Assembly: GCA_010405405.1 (NCBI GenBank)
Contig: MU004238.1
Location: forward strand, 879,530 to 943,529
DNA length: 64,000 nucleotides
Reading direction: 5' to 3'
DNA from: Microthyrium microscopicum
Taxonomy: Eukaryota
Part shown: positions 11,710-24,329 of the stretch, one piece after another
How the letters are laid out: the number at the start of each line of letters is the position of its first letter
How positions within the stretch are numbered: the first letter of the stretch is position 1
The notes under the pieces: model-generated
The model's input: only the letters and a program-made list of their open reading frames with translations
What the model was told of the DNA's origin: nothing
Databases searched by the model: none
Translations under genes and position numbers: made by a program

Positions 11710-14700
11710 CTAGATTTCATCACTCGCGTCCTTTCCCTGCCACATCAATGCCGAATATCGCTCTTGCAGCAAGCTCGTCAGTCCCTGATCATCAGACTCG
11801 CCAGCGAGAGCCAACGCCTTCTCCGCCCATCGTGCACAACCTGCATCATCACCAGCGCTGAAATAGTCGATGGCGTGGTTGAATGCGGTGGTTGTGAGGT
11901 ATTCGAGCTCGGTCTGCGGGAAGCATGTATCAAGCTGTGACGGATTAGTATGAAAGGATGATTGGCGAAGATGGATACAAGTACAGTGCGTAGCGCTTTG
12001 GCGGCGGAGATGGCCTGGTCGATACATTGCATGGCCAGCGCGTCGTTGCTGGTGAGCGCGGTCTGGAAGAGGCAACGTAGCCAGCGTGCCATGGCCATAG
12101 GGTTGGTTTTTGAGGAAAGGGAATGGTTGATGATATCCTAGGGATGTTAGTGGACTTCTTAGTGGGAAACTGATTTGTAGAAGCGCTGAGTGTACTTTGA
12201 GAAATGAGAGCGTTTCTGGAAAGGGTCAATTCCTATAACAACTAGTTCCAATGAACGGAGCGAGACTTACTGGCTTGATGCGAAGGTTTGAGACCTGCTT
12301 TGACAATCTCCTCGTGCAGTAGAAAGCCCAGGTCGGCGAGAGTATCCCATACTCTAGCTTTGTTGGTGTGTTCGAAGCAAATCTACCATAAGTCAGTTGA
12401 AAGAGTTCTCATGATCAAAGAGCCAACAGACAGGAAATAGATAGGTTGCGTCATCCCATTTTTTCAGTCGTATAAATGCTTCCAATTCGTATTTGACAGC
12501 ATCGAAATGCTTCTCTTGTAAATCTGCCAGCCAATGGTCGTCTAGTTGAGAATCCAGAAGCTTTGTAATGGATTCTCTCAGTCCCTTGGCATGTCTGATG
12601 GCGATAGTATAATGTTGATTCTGAAAAGCTTAGATTAGTACCTGGCGATGAGATCAGAAATATCGCTCACTGAAATATCAATCTCATCGGCAGCTCGTGC
12701 AAGAACAATGTTGGCTACCAAGGCAAGGAAATAACAAAAAACACGTCGAAGCCGTAGATCCTGAAGACTCTGTTCATCACTTTCAGATAGCAGAATACCA
12801 ATGAACTGTGAAATAGTTAGTGGACAGAACACCAGACCAATGTTAGAAAGTACTTGGTTGCAACAAACGGCTAGTCTCGATAGATGCAATGGATCAAGAA
12901 TAGCACAATGCTCAAGGGCAAAGTTGTAGCTATTTCTTGAGAACCACTCCCATTCGGATTTGGAAAAGTCCATAGATTTGTGGACCAAACTCGAGATGAC
13001 ACTCTGGGCGGAAGCTAAGCCGAGACATCAGTACTGTCTTGATAAGACATATTGAGCCAGCTTACCTCCTTCAAAGGCACGGCAGAAGTTCTCGACTAGC
13101 TCTGGATTGGGTAATTTTGAATCTCCCATCTCCGATTTCAACAGTTTGATCAGGCAACTAAGGATTGTCAGTGAGATTCCTCAGCAAACGTTCTACAGTG
13201 AGAAAACAAATACCGAAGCATGGCTGGAAGATGGACTCCTTCAGGGGCCGTATATTTGTATTTTTCGAGAACGACATGAAGAGCCTTGATGGTAAGAGGT
13301 CTATTACTCGCTTGCTGCGACTCTAGTACACAGGCATAAAGAATAGTAGCATCTTTTGTCGATGCTTGTACAATAACGTCCAGGCATTCTGCTGCTTCTT
13401 GTCGTGAGCGTCATCTGCATAAATTGGAGGAAAGAACTTACCCAGCTGTTCATCTTCTGTACGGATTGCCACTTTGAACAAGAGGAAGCGTGATTGAGGA
13501 GAACTCTGTGCCAACTCGCTCATGGAGAAAAATGCTTGACGGGCGTCATTCCAACTCTGGCGGGCAATGGCACACTGCATTATTTTGCGTGATATCTTGG
13601 CCTTGTTATTGTCGCCACACTTGACGAACAGTTGATGGTTAGCAAGATTGCAAATTGCTTCGGTTTGTTGATAATTTGTCTGATTAAACGAGCTCTCAAC
13701 CAGCTTCCAGAGTAAGGTTTGAGCAGCATGTGTGGCAGCAGGTGAGTATGAGGATGTGATGTTCGAGGAGACCAGGTCCAGGAATGATCGAAGAGTCTCC
13801 ATCAAAGACGATATTTGAGTGTTGCTTGTGGTTATCCAGATTCTCATCACAGTCACACGTTCAATGTATTCCATCTTTCCACTTTCGAAGAGTCGAATTG
13901 ATAAGAGTTGTGCAAGGCAGTCACAGGCTATTTCCGGATTGAATTTCCTGAGTTTGTGTATATGATGCATGAGAGTCTTGAAATTGGGTTTTGTCAGATG
14001 GACTGATCGAAATAGCCTCAGAAGGGTACCATGGTAAACACTTATATCGGGCTGTGTCTCTGCAGAAAGAATCTCCAGTTTTAGCAAAGAGACTAGCATC
14101 TTGTCCCCGTACTCCGTGTCCATAAGTTGCACAACCTCCCGCGCTTTTGCATTAGACTGTTCTGTTCCAAGGGCAAGTAGTGACTTTGTCAGGAGATGCA
14201 TGGCACTCATCTTCAAATCCGGCGCCAGATCACTTAAGACATCCAGCTGTTGATCTGCGAGCGCATCACAAGCACGTTCAAGCCACCGAGATGCAGCATC
14301 GAATTTCTTTAGATTGTATTCTTCTTTGCCAATCTCGTAGAAAGTATCAGCAAACTCTTCTGCGGTGACTGGATCAGCGGAAATTTCTTGGCTGCGTTGC
14401 TTCTGGTACATCTGCTCGGCAACATCCAGCTTGAATTGCTTCCAGGCCTGTCAAAATTAGATCAAAATATGAAGAGAAGGAACCAGTACACAAACCAACA
14501 GAATTTGAAGCAACGAATACTGGTCCATCGATCTCTGGTGTACTGCCATGTCTTCGGGGGTAACATCAGTAGTACTTGCTGTCTGACTAAAGTACCGTCC
14601 AGCGCATTCCAACAGGCCTACACCAAGAGCATACTCTGAAAAGCGTACGCATGTTTTTGTAGCTCTCAATATCACTTTGACAACTCGAGTCGCGTTCTCC

Positions 14701-15078
14701 CAATTGCCCATTCTTCCCCCATTGGCACCGTCTAGCATGTAGCTTGCAAAAACGCGAAGTAGACAAGGCATGGTCTGATTTGAATCGCCATTTTCGCGTA
14801 TCAGACGTGTCGAAAGGTTCCATAGTTCGGTGCCTTGCGCATCGAACTCTCCTAGAAGCGATGAAGGCGGTTTGAGCGGGAACGTAGGAAGATGGCTGCG
14901 TAGCTCGGGCGCAAGTGTGTGATCGGTAGGATTGTTTTCTAGCCGGGAAGGCACCACGCGGGCAAAAGCTTTGAGTCGTTAGCATCGTGTTTCGATAGCC
15001 ATCTAGGCCTTCCTTACCAAGTATTGTGCCTGCTCGTTTGTCCTTGTCAGCTCGAGCAGCGTCAGCTTGTGGTGCCAT
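11710..15078 (-). CDS. SPO22: Meiosis-specific TPR protein SPO22/ZIP4 (multi-exon)
   Basis: Starts MAPQADAARADKDKR. Segments FDAQGTELWNLSTRL, AEEFADTFYEIGK, EWFSRNSYNFAL and ELEYLTTTAFNHAIDYF...WAEKALALA match the Pezizomycotina Spo22 pattern. Several short introns link the ORF pieces. Confidence 0.85.
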
Positions 15079-15518
15079 GCTGAGGGCCGTAAACCACTGT
15101 AGTCGTCGCAACCTTGCAGCAAAATATCCCCAGGTTCAAGTATTTATAAACATCAGAGGGTTAGAATCAAAGATGGTGTAATTTTCGGGTTGATTTTGGG
15201 ATGTAGGGGCCTGGATGAGGTTGAAACAAGGTTTGGGCAGTTGCTGCGAATGAGGAAGCCACGATGGACGACTTTACTTCATCTCGTGGTTTTGCTAGTA
15301 TCTATTTGGTCTTTTTAGAAGAACATCAAGATGTTATGACATATGCCTTGCAGCTTTTATTGTAAGCATTAGCTTGATCCCGCCATCGTTATGCAGCGTT
15401 AACCATCAGAACTCCTCCCGAGGTATCATTAAAAAGAATATGCAGCCGGTTCCGATTCCTATACCTTTTATTCCCTTGCTTCTTTATACACAAGCGAATC
15501 ATAAAAATATGGACTGCC

Positions 15519-17398
15519 TTATTTACTAGGAGGTAGGATTGGCAGAAAGTTACCCACAATCAATGAAGGACTTCCGACCTGTTAGTGTGCCGTTGAAAAT
15601 GTCGCCAGAAGACTCACATGTTATATTGATCCCGACGGATTGTGAATGAGAAGGAACATTTGATCTCCTTTTCCTTGGCTCTTGGGTCAAGGTTTTTGAG
15701 CACACACATGGTGAGGACTGCTTTTTGGGAAGAATCGAAAGCAATAGCGCCAAAGTTCTCCCAATACATGACGAGACTAGTTTCAGCAAAAATCTCATGA
15801 ATAGCGAGTTTTCCCTGATCACGGTATTAGCACAAGGCACCCCATATCTACTCTGTATCACTTACATCGCGCAGCTGTTCCATCGGAGCGTGAATGAGTT
15901 CAGCCATCTCCTTGTTGCCACGATAGATTTCGCCGGTTCGGCGCCAACAACATGCAGGAATAGCCATACTCGAAAGTATACGATCGTATTCCATAAGCTT
16001 TCGCTCAAAGCCAACTTCGACATAGACTAATTGCTCGTCTGTCAGAGGGTGGATGAGCTCTCGGAATTTTGGTCTGAACTTGTCGAGCTGCTTCAAGATT
16101 CGCATTCTGCCAGTTGGCTGGACATGCTTCTCTAGAAACTCTCCCATTCTCTTATAACCCTTAACATAATTGAATGGTTTGAGTAAGCCGGCATCAAACT
16201 TTGCCTTGAGCAACTTCTTGAGTCTTTCCTCTGGTGCATCAGAACCTGTTGGATCAGCTGCCATGAGAAGATATCTTTCTCGAGCATGTCTATCTATCGG
16301 AACACCACTGGCTGGTCGTTGGATTTCGCTGCCTATTATGGCAGAAGGCGGAGGCATCTGGTGGGCTTGTACGGAGGCGTTGGAAGCGTTCAAGGTGTTT
16401 AGGTTATTACCCAAAGGTTGGTTCGGCATCACTGCATTCATGTCGTCAGCCGTATAGAGACTATCATCGAGTAGACTATTACTGAGAAAGTCGTTGAGCA
16501 GACTGAATTCGTTTGAAACTTCAGACGTGTTGAAGTATGAGTTCGTATGGAGTAGATTTATGTCTTGGTTAAGTTGGTTTTGAGGATTATACATCCAGTG
16601 AGAAAAGTTCATCGCTCCTATGTCGATGTTAGCTTGTCGACTTTACTTTTATGATTTTGAAAATACCTGGTGGATTAGTAGGTGTCATGACAGTTGGATG
16701 GGGCGCATGGACAGGAGTTGGCTGGACGATATTCGTAGCTGATGTGACCTCAGTCAACTGGGGAAGATTCAGATTTGGTGTCTGACGCGTTGTATCCAGA
16801 GGGTTTAGCAGCGCACTCAATGACGGGTTATTTGTCGTTTTTGGAGGACTATTACTGTCCATCCCACCTCCCATCGAGTCAGATCGCATTTTCTTGGGTT
16901 GATCACGAGGTTCATCATGGCATAGATGGCCAATATTCCTCTTGATACATCTCGTACAAGGTCTCTCCTACATGAGATTAGAGACGGTTTGAGGTATTTT
17001 ATGGCCAAGTACGTACTAGATCGCAAGTCATATGCTATGCGTCAAGATCGAGTGTTAGTAGAGCTGGTTTATAAATGTCTTGACGTCTACATAGCGTTGA
17101 GTGAAGGGTGCGGCTCACCGAGCGTCTGCAATAAATACAAGCTGATCTCAAAAGTCAGTCAAATTCAAGATACCCATTTGTAAATAACATTGGTCTTCTA
17201 CTCACCATGATTGACCTTTCTTCGCTTCTTGGGACTTGAGCTTTTAGCGGATGTATCTCCTCCATTTTGTTTCCGCGGGGGAGTCTCAGCGGAGCTGGGC
17301 GCTTCATGGCTTATTTTGCTGTCAGAACCAGAGGCCATGTTGCGCAATGGGCTTTCTTTGTTCTTGCCCGTGGCTGGCCGCTGTGTCGCCTCGACCAT
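15519..17398 (-). CDS. acuM: Zn2Cys6 gluconeogenesis regulator AcuM/Rds2-like with a C-terminal PAS-like domain
   Basis: Spliced zinc cluster KKRRKVNHA-CIYCRRS-HMTCDL-ERPCTRCIKRNIGHLCHDEP. Also GLLKPFNYVKGY, MAIPACCWRRTGEI and a terminal PSLIVGNFLP exon with the stop at 15519-15521. Confidence 0.9.
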
Positions 17399-18277
17399 AA
17401 CCGGGGCGCGGCAGATGAAGTTCGCAAGCTGGGGTTACTCTACGGCATCGGCATCGGAGAACAGCAGCTGGAAGCAATGGCACGCACAACCAGCCGCAAA
17501 GTAATTGCAGAGTGGACGCGACAAGGCTATGGATACTAGCGCATGGAATATTGAAGGTAGTAGAAGTGTTAGAAGATGAAAATGCAGTTAGGGTAGTGGT
17601 CGGTGTTATTTGAAGTTAGGTTGACAGGAAGGTCTTGATGCGTCCTTTAACCAGCATGAAGAAATGGCTGAATTGGCACCTGCAAAGCTCTGCAGAATGG
17701 CGATCCAGTAGCGGGGTGCGAAATAATAGGGTGATGTTTAGACCGGAAACTGCATCCGATTATTACGATATAAAAGTAGTGGACCTGACAACAACCTCAA
17801 TATTAGTGGGCCCAGAGGGAGAGAGTCCAGCCGACCAGCAAAGGGTAAAATTTGGTACAGAGCACTGTATTTCAGTGATGCAATTCGCGGCTCAAATGCT
17901 GGCTTGCCGAGGCCCCTCTTACCGTTACGTTTAATGTGATAGGAGCATGCAACTGCATACAAAAGTGCCGACTCTCAATCATCTGAGCATGTGTTTTTAC
18001 ACACATGTAGAGAAAGGCGCGACAAACATGCATAAAGACACTATGGTCGTTATATTCTCAATCAAGAGCTATTTGGGTGGGGTATCTCGAAATCATCAAT
18101 CGTTCACAAATCAACACTTCTTTCTTCATCATTCTTACGACCAAGGATCTTCATATCCGTTAGCCCGAAAACCGCGCCCGCCCAGCATTGCCCTCGTTCA
18201 GAGCCTCTGGCGTACTGCACCCCAGGCGAGTTTGCAGCTCGTTCTGCGGAGCTAAAAGCTGTAGCACGCGACCATCA

Positions 18278-19283
18278 TCATCCCGTCAACATCGCATTTA
18301 CAGCCATGGACGAGGTTGTCAGTGCCGTAGCAACCCCTTCAAACTGTTGAGTGTTTGCGCGAATGCTTCGTAGATGATTCATGAGCTCGCTTAGAACCGG
18401 CGCAAGATCTGGGTCGTCTTCATCAAATATTGAATCGGAATCCTCCATGAGACCAATTTGATCAGGATCATCATCGTTATCATTTGAAGACTCAAGAGGT
18501 AGTGACAGTCCCAGGTTTTTGGTCTGCTCATTCCACATTCTCTCTTCTGATTCACCATCTGTTTCTAGCTTCTCTAGTCGTTCGCGCTCCGCGTCTAGTT
18601 GATCCTGCTCTCTCTCGATTTCTGCTTTGATTATTTTGATGGAATTGAGAGTTGCTGTCGATTGTAGATCAAGATTTCGCTATAGATTGTCAGCATTCGC
18701 AAGTCGACAGGAATTGCTAGTTTCTTCGTACCTTTTTCTCCAGCAGTTTCTCAAGATTGAAGCTACCTTCCTTGGACGATGGTGGCATAGGAAGTCTTCC
18801 AAGTCTTGAACTCATCCTACTTATGAGGTGCTCCACAACCTCCTCTGCTTCCATGGCTCGCTTCGCATTCTGCGATTGGTTGACAACCTCGCGTTTGGCT
18901 GCTCTCATAATCTCCACAATACGCTTCTGCGCCGGGTCAGGTAATTTGTTCCATTCGGTGGATATCACATCCTGTGATATTTTCTTCGTGGTAGGTTTTA
19001 GGTAAGAAAACTCGCGGCTCGTTGGAGGTTCAGGTCGGTCATCAACAATGGATTCTTCGAGGTCTTCTACTTCGCGTAGAGAAGGTCGTTTTCGCGTCCG
19101 CTTTGTCGCGTTTTCTCCGCCAGCATCACTTGCGCGATTTTTTGACTTTTTAGCGCGTTTTGAGACGCTGGTTGGGCCTTGATTTGAGGATTGATTTCGC
19201 GTTTTTGGTTTCTTGACTCGGTTTCCCTTGTTGGTCTTTGGAACTGTAGATCGCGAAGACTCCCCGGATTTTCTAGGCGCCAT
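18278..19283 (-). CDS. Kinetochore protein CENP-Q / Fta7 / Okp1-like
   Basis: Basic N-terminus, then YLKPTTKKISQDVISTEWNKLP...RLGRLPMPPSSKEGSFNLEKL, then a coiled-coil second exon ending LRSIRANTQQFEG...MLTG*. One intron at ~18731-18680. Confidence 0.75.
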
Positions 19284-19435
19284 AATGGATGCTGGTACCT
19301 AATAGCATTTGCTGTGATGTTTGCGAATATATGGTTTCGTAAAGAGTGGAATTATGTGTTGCTGGCAGAAGGTTGTTGATCATGTCTTGTTGACATTGAG
19401 ATGCAACGCCAATCAATCGATCAAGCTCATGTCAG

Positions 19436-19466
19436 GTCACGTGACTGCGCGATTGGCTTGACGCGT
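19436..19466. promoter_or_regulatory. Bidirectional promoter elements: GTCACGTGAC E-box and ACGCGT MCB box
   Basis: Perfect palindrome GTCACGTGAC (19436-19445) and ACGCGT (19461-19466) in the ~300-bp gap between the divergent CENP-Q-like gene and RFC5. Confidence 0.55.
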
Positions 19467-19582
19467 CTCCTTCGGCAACTTCAAACAATTATCGCGATCC
19501 ATTGACGCCGCCAACTACCACATAGACGAAAAGTTAATTCGTATCACTCGAACGTCTCTCAAGCTGCTCATCCCTCTTCACT

Positions 19583-20887
19583 ATGGCCCTTTTGGTTGAT
19601 AAGCATCGGCCACGTACTCTGGAGACCCTCACCTACCATGACGGACTTTCCAAGCGATTGAAGGCCTTGGTATGACATGTCCAATAATATAGAGCTATTG
19701 TTGCTAATCTCTATCAGGCTGCAAGCGGCGATTTCCCTCACTTGCTCATATACGGACCTTCCGGAGCTGGCAAAAAGACCAGAATTGTGGCAACTCTACG
19801 AGAACTCTTCGGTCCGGGTGTAGAGAAAATCAAAATTGACGCTCGAGTCTTCACCACTTCTTCAAATCGAAAATTGGAGTTCAACATTGTCTCCTCTGTC
19901 TACCATCTCGAAATCACACCCTCAGATGTCGGGAACTTTGATCGCGTTGTAGTCCAGGACTTGCTCAAAGAGGTTGCACAAACACAACAAGTGGATCTCA
20001 ATGCTCGGCAGCGCTTCAAAGTTGTTGTCATCAACGAGGCCGACCATCTTACACGAGATGCACAAGCAGCATTAAGAAGAACGATGGAGAAGTATAGTCC
20101 GAATTTGCGCCTCATTCTCTTGGCCAATTCCACAGCAAATATCATTGCTCCTATTAGAAGTCGAACATTGCTAGTCAGAGTGGCTGCACCTTCAGAGGAA
20201 GAAATTTGCAAAGCCTTAAGAGTTGTGGGAAAGAAAGAGAACTTTGAGCATCAGGAAGGGTTGAACAAACGTATTGCGAAAGAGAGTGGACGTAATCTTC
20301 GGCGAGCTCTACTCATGTTTGAGGCCGTGTATGCTCAAAAGTACGTTAAACTCCGGCACCAAATCTGATCTTACTAACAAGTCCAAGTGAGAAAGTACAC
20401 GACAATACTCCCATTCCACCACCTGATTGGGAGGAACTCATTACTGTTATTGCAGGCGAAATCATTAAGGAGCGTACACCTGCAAAGATCCTCCATGTTC
20501 GGGGCCAGTTGTATGACTTGTTAACACATTGCATTCCAGCGTCTACTATACTAAAGGTAAAGCCTTGTCGTAGCTTTATCTCACTCATACTAACAATCTA
20601 GACATTGACCTTCGAACTCGTGAAGCAAGTAGAGCCGGCGATCAAAGCTGATGTCGTTACGTGGTCCGCGTTTTACGAACATAGAATTAGACTTGGAAGT
20701 GTATGATTTGGCTGCTCCTTATCTTCGGTCGATTTAAAAAGGCTAACAACAGATAGAAAGTCATCTTCCACCTCGAGGCTTTTGTGGCCAAGGTGATGCG
20801 ATTGATTGAAACGTAAGTCGTGATTTCAGAGTCTTTGAGGATCATTTAACAAGATATAGGAACTCGATGGACATGGACTTTGATTGA
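19583..20887 (+). CDS. RFC5: Replication factor C subunit 5 (yeast Rfc5 / human RFC3 orthologue)
   Basis: MALLVDKHRP start, GDFPHLLIYGPSGAGKKT Walker A, VVVINEAD, AQAALRRTMEKY, LYDLLTHCIP and FHLEAFVAK. Five short introns; stop TGA at 20885-20887. Confidence 0.97.
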
Positions 20888-21532
20888 TTTGACGTCAGCA
20901 CTAGCTGGTCTCAGAAGCGGTAATGCCTTTTAGCATTACTTCATCAGCTGTAGATGCATAGAATGACATTGAGGCTCAATGAGTTTAATGATACACCTCG
21001 TGTTCTGATACTTCCTTTATCTCTATCACTTTATACCCTGGAAACTTCAACCTCACTGGCATGGATGTTTGACGAATACCGTCTGCGACTGGAATTACGT
21101 CCGCGAATTTGCAATACGAGCGGAATGTTTTCTGGAAGCATCCAATTCATGTGAGCGACGACCCTAGCCGTTGACAGCGGAATCCAGCATTTATATGAGA
21201 TCTGCCATTCTATCTCGAGTTATCTATACAACTCAAACAATAGGTGCCTATTTTTGCTTGGAAATATTCCTCAATTGGATTATATGATGGCCAACTATTG
21301 CGAACCCACAGAGCCGGTGAACCAGCCTCGTGTACGGAGCAGCCCTAACGTAATTGGTGTCAGTTGTCACGACTTAATATGCCCGCGATGATATGCATAC
21401 GCGATTCTTTGAAATGAGGCAATGTCAGTCACGAAGTAAGCTCCAGAAATAGTTATAAAGCTCCCAAAATCCCCCCAAAGAAGCACTAGAAAGCAAGATA
21501 TTAGTCTCTTCAAAACGATCATCTACAAAAAA

Positions 21533-21956
21533 ATGGACGCCGTATTCATCGTCGCTATCATAAAGCCAAAGGAGGGCAAGCTCGAGGAGGTTTGTTCAGC
21601 CTTGTCTACAACTCATAATCAACAATCTTCTAACCAACTCTAGGTTCAAGCCCGCGTCAAGGGACTGGCTGAAATAGTTGAGAAGGAGGAGCCAGAATGC
21701 GTTTCCTACGGCCTGTTCACCAACGAGAAGGAGGGAACCATTGTCATCATCGAGCGGTACGTACCAACTCGCACCAGAGCGATCGTCAACATGGACTTGG
21801 CTAATACCTTTCAGATACAAGGATCAAGCTGCCGCCGAGGCTCATCGTAACACCCCACACTTTGCTGAAGCTATTAAAGCTGGCGACGACTGGCTTGCGG
21901 AACCAACCAAGGTCTACCCGCTCTCCAATTTCGGTGGTTTCTCTCGAGGATCCTAA
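21533..21956 (+). CDS. Small ABM (antibiotic biosynthesis monooxygenase)/dimeric alpha-beta barrel protein
   Basis: Spliced product MDAVFIVAIIKPKEGKLEE-VQARVKGLAEIVEKEEPECVSYGLF...IVIIER-YKDQAAAEAHRNTPHF. Two introns. Confidence 0.88.
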
Positions 21957-22544
21957 ATGAGCTTCATGAGCCTGAATTATAGTCGACCCGCGCTAAACAG
22001 ACTGTCACGAACGCATATATAGAAATGGAGAATGATGTTACGGGTGCTGAGAATGGGCAATTGACTTGAAAATGTGACTAAAGGTGTGCGCGATCCTTTT
22101 TAAGCAGGTTCACAAACTTGAAGAAAACCTTGGTGAACTTGCACTTGCTCGACTTCCGAGTACTTCAAGTTGCATCTTTCGGCATATTACCCTGAACTTG
22201 CATGGTCTTGTGTCAACTATACGTATATAGTTTTCTACCACCCCTTCGAGGCTTGGCTAATCATTTATCGATGGTCGGCCAACTTGTATTCCACTCATTT
22301 CCGGTCTGTTATTATGTATGGATGCATAACTGGCGTTGTAAGGCCCATGTCCTGTCCATGACTGATCAAATGCAAGCGCATAAGCAAACTCTCACCCAAT
22401 GAACAAAGTGTCTGGCGAGCCTTATTCAGCCTCGCTGGCTCCCGTATGCCACGCTTCATTGCAATTGAAGGGTAACAATTGACTTGAAAGCATTTTAGAG
22501 AAATCATAATATCATTACTGCAATGTCTATCCGGGTTACATTGC

Positions 22545-24329
22545 TCATCTATTCGGTATCCTCGCTGGCGTCCTCCTTACATTCCTTCTTCTTCCATGCC
22601 AAGTCAATGCATACCTTGGCGCGTCCCCTTTGACACTGCTCGTGCGGTTTCCATCATTGACCGGATTCGATCCTGGGGTACTATTCGGCCTTGTGCTGGC
22701 AATGCCTTGTGTGAGGGATCCATAGGCGCCGGAGGGCAGGGCTGGATTGACTGGATCCAAGGGTTTAGTTCCAGTTTTGAAACCAGCTGTGAAAGTTGCT
22801 TTTGGTAGAACAGGACCGCTGAGCGATGGGGCCAGATCGGACTTTGATGTGCTATTAGAAGCCACAGAGAGAGTTGGGCTGCGAGAAGTGATAGAAGTCC
22901 TAGCGCTAGACATGCCCTTAGCTAAACTTTCCAGACTACTTGACCAGCATGTCCAGCAAACTGACGTGGCGTTAGGTAAGGCAGCGGTCGTTTTAGGGGG
23001 CGAAATTGTCTTGGAAATCAAGGTTGTTTGGACCATTGGTGTAGTGCTGGACGCAGGTGACATACTTGAGAAAGATGATGCAATAGGCGAGCTTGTTATG
23101 ATGGGTGTGGTGGAAATAACGGACGTGGTGGAAGGGATCAAAGTGGTTGAGTTGGCCATACTTTTGGCTATAGATGCCATGCTGGACGCCCAGCACGTCC
23201 AGCAGAACGCCGTTACACTCGAGGTTATTGATTTTGCAGGAACGGAAGCATTGCTAGCTGTAGATGGGCTAGCTGCGGTAACCGTAGGACCGTCTATTGT
23301 GAGGTACGAAGTGATCGTGAAAATAGCAGTTGTTGTTACGACATATGGCGTCGTGACTGGAGATGGCGTCGTGACTGGAGATGGCCTCGTAATCGGAGAC
23401 GGCGTTGTAATCGGAGACGGCGTATGGACCGGAGATGCTGTCATCGACGGTGCTGGAACTAGTGATGATACTGTAATGACTGAAGATATCGTGATCAAAG
23501 AAGACAATGTCACCAAGGTTGTTGTGGTGATTGCAGATGGAGCGGTCCATGGCATTGGTGGTGGTGCTTTCAGTCCAAAAAGTTCGGGATGCTGTTTGAC
23601 CACATTTTCCAAGTCTCCACTGACCACGGCGTCGAAAACAATGTCAAACTTATCAAACAACTTGTCAAAGTCGGCCTCTGTTTTTGGAATGGTGATGCCC
23701 ATATCCTTGGCCGCCTTCTCCTGCCAATCCAGAATAGATTGAGGTACTTGTCCCTCCAGAGCAGACAATAGTGCTCTAAGTCCTGGACGAGATTCTCTCA
23801 AGAGTTGTACCATGGCCGGCTTGGCCTTGATTGAGCTCTCCAGGAATGGCATTGCGTGAGCGACGTTAAGCAGAGTGTCGTTGAGTAAACCAACAATCGG
23901 ATCCTTAATAGCGGCCGGCAAAGGAGCAAGTAGGACCCCAAGAGGTGAATTCGGAGTCATGTAACCAGGCGCAGATGTAGCTGCAGCCTTTGGTACCGGT
24001 ATGGGTATCCATGGCATGAAAGGAATAAGAGGCAGAAGAGTTATAGTAGGTAACTTTGGAATGTTGGGCAATTTTATAGGACCGGTTTTGCTGATGTCCT
24101 TGCCGACCTCCAAGGTAGCGATATTCAGTTGGTCCCCAATTTCAACGACTTTGTCGATCTGAGTGTTTATATTCTGCTCAGTTATGTTGCCAATCGCATA
24201 GTTGAGGTCCCTGATGAGCGGATACAGCCGAGTAAACCCTTTAATCACATCAAGAATATCTCTTTTTGCCAGTTGACTTGAAACTGAAGAGCCACAAAGG
24301 CTCAACGTCAAGAGACATGATATCTTCAT
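22545..24329 (-). CDS. Secreted HsbA/Mp1p-like cell-surface protein with a long Ser/Thr/Pro-rich tail
   Basis: Signal peptide MKISCLLTLSLCGSSVSS, a KR Kex2 site, an amphipathic helical N-domain, TPSPIT repeats and two CWTCW motifs. Single 594-aa ORF. Confidence 0.75.
   Translation of the reverse strand: MKISCLLTLSLCGSSVSSQLAKRDILDVIKGFTRLYPLIRDLNYAIGNITEQNINTQIDKVVEIGDQLNIATLEVGKDISKTGPIKLPNIPKLPTITLLPLIPFMPWIPIPVPKAAATSAPGYMTPNSPLGVLLAPLPAAIKDPIVGLLNDTLLNVAHAMPFLESSIKAKPAMVQLLRESRPGLRALLSALEGQVPQSILDWQEKAAKDMGITIPKTEADFDKLFDKFDIVFDAVVSGDLENVVKQHPELFGLKAPPPMPWTAPSAITTTTLVTLSSLITISSVITVSSLVPAPSMTASPVHTPSPITTPSPITRPSPVTTPSPVTTPYVVTTTAIFTITSYLTIDGPTVTAASPSTASNASVPAKSITSSVTAFCWTCWASSMASIAKSMANSTTLIPSTTSVISTTPIITSSPIASSFSSMSPASSTTPMVQTTLISKTISPPKTTAALPNATSVCWTCWSSSLESLAKGMSSARTSITSRSPTLSVASNSTSKSDLAPSLSGPVLPKATFTAGFKTGTKPLDPVNPALPSGAYGSLTQGIASTRPNSTPGSNPVNDGNRTSSVKGDAPRYALTWHGRRRNVRRTPARIPNR
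23345..23437 (-). repeat. 18-bp coding tandem repeat (TTPSPV/I) x ~5
   Basis: GGAGATGGCGTCGTGACT-like units in tandem. Confidence 0.9.

Noticed and set aside
22747..23742. 331-aa plus-strand ORF
   Set aside because: Antisense shadow of the S/T/P-rich repeat region of the minus-strand secreted protein.
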